Below are positions 34,751 to 42,927 of a stretch of 42,927 nt of DNA, piece by piece. The stretch is from the NCBI RefSeq assembly GCF_001194135.2, contig NC_068998.1, positions 15,238,085-15,281,011 of the forward strand. Direction: 5' to 3'. Position numbers and translations under genes: made by a program. Below the pieces are notes generated by a model. That model was given only the letters and a program-made list of their open reading frames with translations, did not search any database and was not told the DNA's origin. Source of the stretch: Octopus bimaculoides (taxonomy: Eukaryota). Each line of letters starts with the position of its first letter. Within the stretch, counting starts at the first letter, position 1.

Positions 34751-34850
34751 ATATATAATGTTGACCACTAAAGTGGACATTTAATGTGCTAGAAATAGAC
34801 CACATGTTCTAGCACATTAAATGTCCACTTTAGTGGTCAACGTTATATAT
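34751..34850. mobile_element. 100-bp palindromic MITE-like hairpin
   Basis: 44-bp arms with a single mismatch (34759/34842), a 12-nt loop, and an (AT)n context. Confidence 0.85.
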
Positions 34851-34964
34851 AAACATATACTTTAATCCCCTGAGATTGCAGATATTTTTTCTGAATCTCT
34901 CTGATTCTTTAAATGTGCTAGCTTCCTGGTAATAAATCGATATTAATTAATATCNNNNNNNNNN

Positions 34965-35026
<62 letters not shown>

Positions 35027-35649
35027 ATATCCATTACTCAATTAACACAGCTTGCCTTAACAGAAATAACATTTCTCAACGCTGAAACAGAAAATCTTTT
35101 ACTATTTACAACATTATTCTGTCACTTAAGCTTGTGCCAGTCAACAACTTGTGGCAAGTAGAAATCATAGATTCTCCGCTCCACATTTTCTGTAGAATCA
35201 AACCATTTATTCTAAAATATTCTGTACTTTATCTTCTGCACTCCCCGAATGCATATTTCCAACAAAATCAATAACTAAAAGACACACACTAAAATTACTG
35301 CAGAAAATATAAAATAAGAATCAACTAAAATCAAAGCACGCCTGAAACAAAGGATTCTTGCTAAATTTCAAAGTATCTGTTGGCATCAAAAGTGACAAAA
35401 ATTCTTTGAACAAAACAAACTGTTCAACTCTAATCCAAACACATTCTATTAAGAACTAAAAGAAAAGAAAATATAAATCAATGAAGTACTAACTGCAAAA
35501 AGTAGAGGAGTACAAACTTGTGACTGCTATGCATGGGGACGTTTGAAACAACAAATTAGGGGATGTCATGCTTGAACAGACATGGGAGCTAATGTCAACT
35601 CAAGAAGTAATGCTACAGAAAACAAGCAAATAGAAGGTGCCAAGGCAGC

Positions 35650-35870
35650 AAACTGGCAGAAACGTTAGCACGCCGGGCGAAATGCTTAGCAGTATTTCAT
35701 CTGCCACTACGTTCTGAGTTCGAATTCCGCCGAGGTCGACTTTGTCTTTCAGCCTTTTGGGATCGATAAATTAAGTACCAGTTACACACTGGGGTCAATG
35801 TAATCGACTTAATCCCTTTGTCTGTCCTTGTTTGTCTCCTCTATGTTTAGCCCCTTGTGGGCAATAAAGA
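35650..35870 (+). mobile_element. SINE family C
   Basis: ctggcagaaacgttagcacgccgggcgaaatgcttagc...gggcaataaagaa. Confidence 0.9.
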
Positions 35871-35902
35871 AGTAACAAGGTACCAAGGTATATTGTTCAT
35901 TC

Positions 35903-36230
35903 ATCATCATCATTATCATTGTTTAGCATCTATTTTCTATGCTGGCATGGGTTGGATGGTTTGATCAGAGCTGGTGGTTTGATCAGAGCTGGTGGCCCTT
36001 CCTAATGCCAACCACTTTACAGAGTGTGCTGCATGCTTTCCATATGGCATCAGCATGGGTGCTTTCTATGTGGAACTGACACAGGTGCTTTTTGCATGGC
36101 ATCACTGTGGGTGCTTTCTATGTGACACTGGTACTAGAGTCAATTTGTTTGACTAAACCTGTCAAGGTGGCACCCAAGTATGGTCACAGTCCAATAAGTG
36201 AAACAAGTAAAAGATAAAAGATAAAAGACA
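35903..36230. mobile_element. Family D (minus) fused to a family A tail (plus)
   Basis: The D reverse-complement tail is at 35903 and the A tail gtgaaacaagtaaaagataaaagataaaag ends near 36230. Confidence 0.7.
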
Positions 36231-37257
36231 GGATTTGAACTCGGGGGGCATAAAGAGACATATAACTGAAAACTGCAAGATGTATAGAGTCCGCTACCCT
36301 CACACTTCTATCATCCTAAGAATTTTCCTTTTCTTTGGAAGTGAGGTTGGGTGGGGGGGACTTTCTTTTCATTTCTGTTCTTTAACATGGATAATGCATT
36401 GAAATGAAAATATGAGAAAAATTCCCATTTTCAATGGTGACTGTGAAATTTAAAGAAACAAACAAAACAAATATAATATAATATAACCCCATTTCTGAAA
36501 AACTGCAGTAAAAGCCAATGATAGGTGAAAACATTAGGATACAACTAAGATATTAGCATTTGTATGGCATATATTGGGTGCAACATTGCAGAAAATGTCA
36601 GAAATAACATTTGTTTTGTTTTGTTGGGAGATTTTTTTTTTATTCTTTTCATCCTGTTAAACATTAGTTACCAGCTTTTTTTAATATTTTCTCTCCTTTT
36701 TCATTTTCATGCTGTTGTGGCTGGTTATTGTCACATCTTTTTCTTTTTCTTTTTCTTTTTAAAGAAAATAGTTGGACAGAAAACAGAAAGAATATTTTTG
36801 AATATTAGTAATAATAATAATATAAAAAAAAAAACAGAAAAGATCAGCGCAAGTTTATGTGCATGTTTGTGTGTGCGTTTGCTTGGTAAAATCCCAGCAT
36901 TAATATATTTAAAAAATGAGTTTAGAAGTCTATAAATACATCTACACAAATCAGCATTCGTGCACATACTTGAGATTTATAATATCATAATATTAGAATT
37001 ACTGTTTAGGGGGAATTTATAAATATCATCTTTGCTGGCATATAAGATGCATACTCACATGCAACACATCCCTATTTTACAAGTATAGTTTATGGGAAAA
37101 AAACAAATGTGGTATGTTTCATCATCGAACATTTATCGAGAGATATTTTAAAGTGGTTTTGTAGAGGAGAATGTATAATTCTGTACATTTAAATACAATG
37201 ATGTAACAGTGTACTGTAAAAAGTATGAAACTATAAATTTACCATAAACAAACAGCA

Positions 37258-37585
37258 TTCATCATCATCATCGTTTAACGTCCGCTTTCCATGCTAGCAT
37301 GGGTTGGACGATTTGACTGAGGACTGGTGAAACCAGATGGCTACACCAGGTTCCAATCTGATTTGGCAGAGTTTCTACAGCTGGATGCCCTTCCTAACGC
37401 CAACCACTCAGAGAGTGTAGTGGGTGCTTTTACGTGTCACCCGCACGAAGGTCAGTCAGGCGGTACTAGCAATGGCCACGCTCAAAATGGTGTATTTTAT
37501 GTGCCACCCACACAAGAGCCAGTCCAGGAGCACTGGCAACGATCTCGCTCGAAAATCCTTACACATGTCACGGGCACAAGTGCCA
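37258..37585 (-). mobile_element. SINE family B, 3' part
   Basis: catcatcatcgtttaacgtccgctttccatgctagcatggg...; highly similar to the reverse complement of 39230-39482. Confidence 0.9.
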
Positions 37586-37804
37586 GAACAGTGTATGCTA
37601 ATTTGGCTGATTTGCAATCTTTTACTATTAGTAATAATCACTGTACCAAACAGACTTATACTCATCTGGCTCCCAAGTCTATGATACTTGATCTCCCAGT
37701 TAATAATACAGCAACATTAGATGCAAGGCAATTTTGGGGTGCATTCAAAAATATTAAAAAAACATCTCTTATATGCCAGCAAGTATAAGAGATATATATA
37801 ATAT

Positions 37805-37985
37805 CATCATCATTTAACGTCCACCTTCCATGCTGGCTTGAGTTGGACATTGGACAGTTTGATAGCTATCAAACTAGAGGATTGTGCCAAACTCTGTCTG
37901 CTTGGGCATGATTTCTATGGCTGGATACCCTTCCTAGTGTCAACCACTTTACAGAGTGTACATGGTGGCTTTTCACATGACACCA
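37805..37985 (-). mobile_element. SINE family D 3' fragment
   Basis: catcatcatttaacgtccaccttccatgctgg. Confidence 0.7.
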
Positions 37986-38699
37986 GCGTGTGTGAGTATG
38001 GGGGGTATTTATATACACACACACACACACATTATAAATACATATATACATATATTTTTTTTTTTTACTTGTTGGGCCTAGAGAAAGATGGACTGCAAGA
38101 AAGATGGATTTACTGCTATTAATGTTGTTTCAACTATTGCAGATCAACACCTGCCGGAAAGACATGAGCATGGAGAAGATTCCAGAAAGTCAATGTTCTG
38201 ACAAAAAGTATTGGCAACAGGAAAGGCATCTAAGGTACCAACATTGCTGCAACAGTATGCATCCCTCACATAACCACACTGCTAAACTACACTCTGTACA
38301 ACATGGCCACACTACCAAACTCCACCCCACACTTCACTGCTAGATTACATTCTAAGATACAATGCCTCTTTGCCAAACTGCATTCTACAAAACAAAGCTT
38401 AGCTTTTATACTGTCATACTGTCAATCTCACTGCAACTCTGTACACTATACACATTGTAAATACTACAGATTAATGTTTGATATAATCTTGGATAGAGGT
38501 AAGCCAAAAGAAAAGATATTAAATGGGATTTGCTAACAAGAGTTAGAGATTTTATTGACAAAAACAAAGATTATTTTATTTTTTCAGTTTTTTTTTTAAA
38601 CTGTTTATTATTTTATATGCTTTTTTTCTCTCTGTAAGCATGGATCGGAAGTTTTTGATTAAATATTGATGCATTTTTGAAGCAATCATTTTTACAGTT

Positions 38700-38960
38700 A
38701 GAGTACAAAAGTTTTGATAACTTGATGCAATGTTTTGTAAAACAAATACACACATTGTTTGTTAACTTGACCCACCGTTCATTTAATCTGATATATTCTT
38801 TTGGTAACTAGATATATAATTTAGTACACAAACCCTGCAATTTTCATCAACCACTTACACTGTTTTGTTAACTAGACACAGTTTTGTCAACTTGCAAAAT
38901 ATACTGTTCTGTGAATACACAGTTATGTTACATAAATATTCTGTTTTCTTAACCAGATAA
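38700..38960. repeat. Degenerate 21-bp minisatellite, left block
   Basis: Recurrent (g)ttaactagatacacagtttt-like units. Confidence 0.7.
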
Positions 38961-38999
38961 AGAGACCTAAATCTAAGTGAGACCTAAATCTAAGGCCTC

Positions 39000-39482
39000 A
39001 GCCAGCCCACTTATACGTACCTTCATTCACTGGACACTAAACTCCGCTTGCGAAGACCTGTTGAGGCAAATGAAATCGAAATCGAATTAAATTCGATGAC
39101 TGGCACCCATGCCAACGTCGTCTCCCTCATTGGACACGAAACACGGCTTGCGAAGACTTATTGGGGCAAGCGAAAGTGAAATCGTCATGGCACCTGTGCC
39201 CAGCATCGCCTTCCTGGCACTTGTGCTGGATGGCACGTGTAAAGACATTCGAGCAAGATCGTTGCCAGTGCCGCCGAACTGGCTCCTGTGCAGGTGGCAC
39301 GTAAAAGCACTCACTACACTCCTGGAGTTGTTGGCGTTAGGAAGGGCATCCAGCTGTAGAAACTTTGCCAAATCAGATTGGAACCTGGTGTAGCCACCTG
39401 GTTTCACCAATCCTCAGCCAAATCGTCCAACCCATGCTAGCATGGAAATCGGACGTTAAACGACGATGATGATGATGATGAT
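39000..39482 (+). mobile_element. SINE family B with an internal duplicated segment
   Basis: ggacactaaactccgcttgcgaagac... occurs twice; the tail is ggacgttaaacgacgatgatgat. Confidence 0.88.
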
Positions 39483-39504
39483 AAACTGTTTTCCTAATTA
39501 GATA

Positions 39505-41030
39505 TCACTCAATCAATCAATATTTATTATTCAAAAGAAACATGGGTATAGTCAGTCATTGGCAGACATAGTTTATTAAGGCGTTTTGCTCATTTCCATC
39601 TTCAGCCACTAGAAGCATTTCATTGAGCAACATCCTGCAGTCTGCACAAGTCATACAGTGGTAAGTCGTTCTTGGTTGTTTCCTCTTACACTTTCCACTT
39701 TGTAGGGTGTTAAGCAGCAGGCATCGTTGATAGCATTCATTGAGTGAGTGTTGCAGTTGGTGACCAGTCCATCTTAGCCAGCGGACTTTTATCTTTGGGC
39801 TCATTTACTCTGGTACAGAGTATCATTGGAAATATGGTCATATTAGGATATCTTATATATTTTCCTCAGATTTCTTGTGTGTAAAGTGTTCACCATGGCC
39901 CTTTGCCAGTTCATATTTGCTACTATGTCCTGCATCCACATGTAAAAATCTGAAGACATAGAGTTTTATACATCTTTATCTTCATTGTTGGGTTAATGCC
40001 TGATGACCAAAGGTGTTGAAGCTGTGACATTGCTCCATATGTTGCTCTCCTTTTGTCTATGATGTCACAGTTGTGAGAGAGATCAGTTACAGTCAATCCA
40101 AGATAAGTGAATTTATCAACCCTGGATAGCTGCTTTCCATTTGCCGGGACACCTGCTGTTTCATCTGTGTTTATATTAACGGTGATTCACTCTATCTTCT
40201 ATTCCCTTATTCCTAGCCCCATAGTCTTTGCTTCTCACATGACACGATCCAAGTAGTCCTGTGCTTCTATGAGGCTGGGGGCAAAGAGAACAATATTATC
40301 TGCAAATGTAAGATAGGTCAACTTATGTGACTCTGATATGTAAATTCCATCTTCTGTATGGGTTGCAGCTTTCGTCACATGATTCATAACCATCAGAAAT
40401 AGATAAGGTGCTAACGTATCACCTTGCAGAATTTCACTCTGCAGTGTGAAGTCAGAGGACTGTTTTCCATTAACAAGGACATAGGCTGTTTGATGTTCAT
40501 AAAGACATCTAACTGCCGATGTTACTTTCAATGGTATCCCTGTCCTTTCAAGAATCACAAGCATAGCAGTTCTGTTGACACTGTTGAATGCTTTTTGAAA
40601 GTCTATGAACAGTGCAGCTATTGGGAGACACCACTGAAAGCAGGTCTCCAGTACCCTCTTCAATGTGTGAATTTGTTCAAGGCAACCACAGTTCATTCTA
40701 AAGCCTTTCTGGTAGACACTTATATTTTTGCACTTACGCAATTTAACAGAAGCCTATTAAAGAGCTTTGCTCCTTGAGTCATGAGACTTATTCCTTGATA
40801 GTTGTACATTTGTCACAAATCACCTTTCTTTGGTAGTGATACTATTATTGATGACCTCCATTCACTAGGCTGCGCACTTGTTATAGGAACCTTGTTGCAT
40901 ATGTCATCGAATGCTACTTTAGATGCTTCTCCTCTATATTTGAGTGATTCATTCACTTGACTGAGGTTTGTACTAACTGCTTTGTCATTTGATGCCCCCC
41001 CTGAAGTACAACAAGCAGTTCAGACACCTC
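39505..41030 (-). mobile_element. RTE-clade LINE, 5'-truncated, degenerate RT
   Basis: EWRSSIIVSLPKKGDL*...GISL, FIDFQKAFNSV, QGDTLAPYLF, FADNIVL, KFTYLG, RWLRWTGH; multiple stops and frameshifts; (tgat)n-like tail near 39505. Confidence 0.92.
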
Positions 41031-41880
41031 AAATACTGTTTCCTTAATCAAATACCCTATTTTGTTAACTAAACACATTGTTTCCTTAATTAGTTACACT
41101 GTTCTGTTAACTAACCAGATGCAATGTTCCATTAACTAGTCACAGTGCTTTATTAATAAAATACTCTATTCTCTTAACTAGATAACTTTTTGTTAATTAA
41201 ACAGTTTTATTAAACAGACAGTATTATTAGCTAGATACAGTGTTTCCTAAACTAGATACACCGTATCGTTAATTAAATACAGAGTTTTGTAGTTAACAAG
41301 ATGTTTCATTCACGAGACATTGTTTTGTTGACTACATACAATGTTTCAATATTTTTTTAGAGTTTCTTTACTTAGATATACTGGTTTGTTCACGAGACAA
41401 ATTTTGTTACACAGATACAATGTTTTGTTCAATTCAAAAACTAGACTGTATTGTGAACTAGATATAGTATTAACAAGACACAATGTTGTGGCAACTATAT
41501 CTTGTTTTGCTTTGTTTTTTTTTTAAACTAACAACATACACAATTCTGTGAACTAGATACATTGTCATATTAATAAGGTACACTGTTTTTGTTGAATAGA
41601 TACACAGTTTTCTGAACTGGGTTCACAGTTTTGTTACATCAATACAGTGTTTCATTAATTAGATATATTGTCTGCTTTTTGAAACTAAACACACTGTTTT
41701 GCTGAATAACCACACTGCTTGGTTACATAGATATACTGTTTTGCTGACTAACTACAGTGTTTCAACAAAGTGTTTCTTCAAACAGATACCTTGCTTTACT
41801 ATCTCTACACTCTATTTGGTTAATTAGATAAATAGTTCTACTGACTAATCATATTGTTTTATAAAATAAGTACAATACTT
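41031..41880. repeat. Degenerate 21-bp minisatellite, middle block
   Basis: Units such as aactagatacagtgtttcct and gaactagatacattgtcat. Confidence 0.8.
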
Positions 41881-41884
41881 TAGG

Positions 41885-42310
41885 CACAGGTGTGGCTGTG
41901 TGATAAGAAGCTCACTTCCCAAACACATGGTTCTGGATTCAGTCCCACTGTGTGGTACCTTGGGCAAATGTGTTCTACTATAGTTTTGAGCTGACCAAAG
42001 CCTTGTTGGTGGATTTGGTAGTTGGAAACTGAAAGAAGCCCATCATATGAATAGATATATGTGTGTATGTATATATCTATGTCTGTGTCTTTGTGTCAGT
42101 GTTTGTCCCTCCCACCACCGCTTGACACCCAGTGTTGGTGTGTTTACATCCCTGTAATTTAGCGGTTCAGCATAAGAGACCAGCAGAATAAGTACTAGGC
42201 TTAAAGAAAGAAATGGTTCTGGGGTCAATTTGTTTGACTAAAACTATTCAATGCAGTGCCCCAGCATGACTGCAGTGAAAATGACTGACACAAGTAAGAG
42301 ATAAAAAAGA
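41885..42310 (+). mobile_element. SINE family A inserted in the minisatellite
   Basis: Full head-to-tail copy ending agagataaaaaagataaaag. Confidence 0.88.
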
Positions 42311-42558
42311 TAAAAGATACACAATTATGTTAACTAACTACAATAGTTTGTATGTGCAGACATAAGCTGCTCTGCTATGGGAATAGACAGTTTTACTAAC
42401 TCAATACACTACTTTGTTAAACAGATACACAGTCTTCTTAAATAGACATGGCTTTGGTAAAACTAGACAGAAAGTTCTGTTAGGCACTGTTTGGTTAACT
42501 AGATGCACAGTCTTATTAACCTGATATGCTATTTTGTATCTAGTTAGCAGACGATTCT

Positions 42559-42927
42559 GTTAACTAGACACAAGGTTTAGTTAACTACATACACAGTTTT
42601 GTTAACTAGACACAAGGTTTAGTTAACTACATACACAGTTCTGTTAACTAGACACAAGGTTTAGTTAACTACATACACAGTTCTGTTAACTAGACACAAG
42701 GTTTAGTTAACTACATACACGGTTCTTTTAACTAGACACAAGGTTTAGTTAACTACATACACAGTTCTGTTAACTAGACACAAGGTTTAGTTAACTACAT
42801 ACACAGTTCTGTTAACTAGACACCAGGTTTAGTTAACTACATACACAGTTCTGTTAACTAGACACAAGGTTTAGTTAACTACATACACGGTTCTTTTAAC
42901 TAGACACAAGGTTTAGTTAACTACATA
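42559..42927. repeat. 42-bp tandem repeat (dimer of 21-bp units), about 8.8 copies, running off the window
   Basis: Unit gttaactagacacaaggttta+gttaactacatacacagttct starts at 42559, 42601, 42643 ... 42895. Confidence 0.97.

Noticed and set aside
35120-35274. Possible small exons (IDFVGNMHSGSAEDK; NVERRIYDFYLPQVVDWHKL)
   Set aside because: The donors are weak, stops follow immediately, and no domain match could be supported.
40235-40741. 168-aa ORF as a functional reverse transcriptase
   Set aside because: The catalytic motif is mutated (FADN for FADD) and the flanking parts carry stops and frameshifts, so it is a dead LINE copy.
42559-42927. CRISPR-like array of palindromic repeats
   Set aside because: There are no unique spacers, the units are contiguous, the context is eukaryotic and no cas genes are present.

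Overview
This is AT-rich, repeat-dense eukaryotic genomic DNA from a gapped draft assembly, with N-runs mostly next to microsatellites. The recurring SINE families look like those of octopus genomes; this is inferred from memory of those repeats, not from a database search. The window is mostly intronic sequence of one minus-strand gene. Two well-bounded exons (24528-24587 and 16647-16729) splice in frame to PFLLQLGETEVLVMTRDKKQ|IVYRHCYTEISSCGRRLDTMKIFAYICG. This matches the core of the PTB domain of the uncharacterised RUN-PDZ-PTB family (CDD PTB_LOC417372, as recalled). A few weaker candidate upstream exons lie at 30-32 kb. The rest is a mosaic of tRNA-derived SINEs (here called families A-F), RTE-type LINE remnants, Penelope-like remnants, a hAT MITE with an intact 8-bp TSD, a mariner deletion derivative and two foldback hairpins. 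The best non-coding signals are an intact minimal type I hammerhead ribozyme motif at 4637-4684 and a 21-bp minisatellite that has evolved a 42-bp, possibly 168-bp, higher-order repeat at the right edge. There is no long intact ORF; nearly all of the ORF track is microsatellite, gap or repeat noise.
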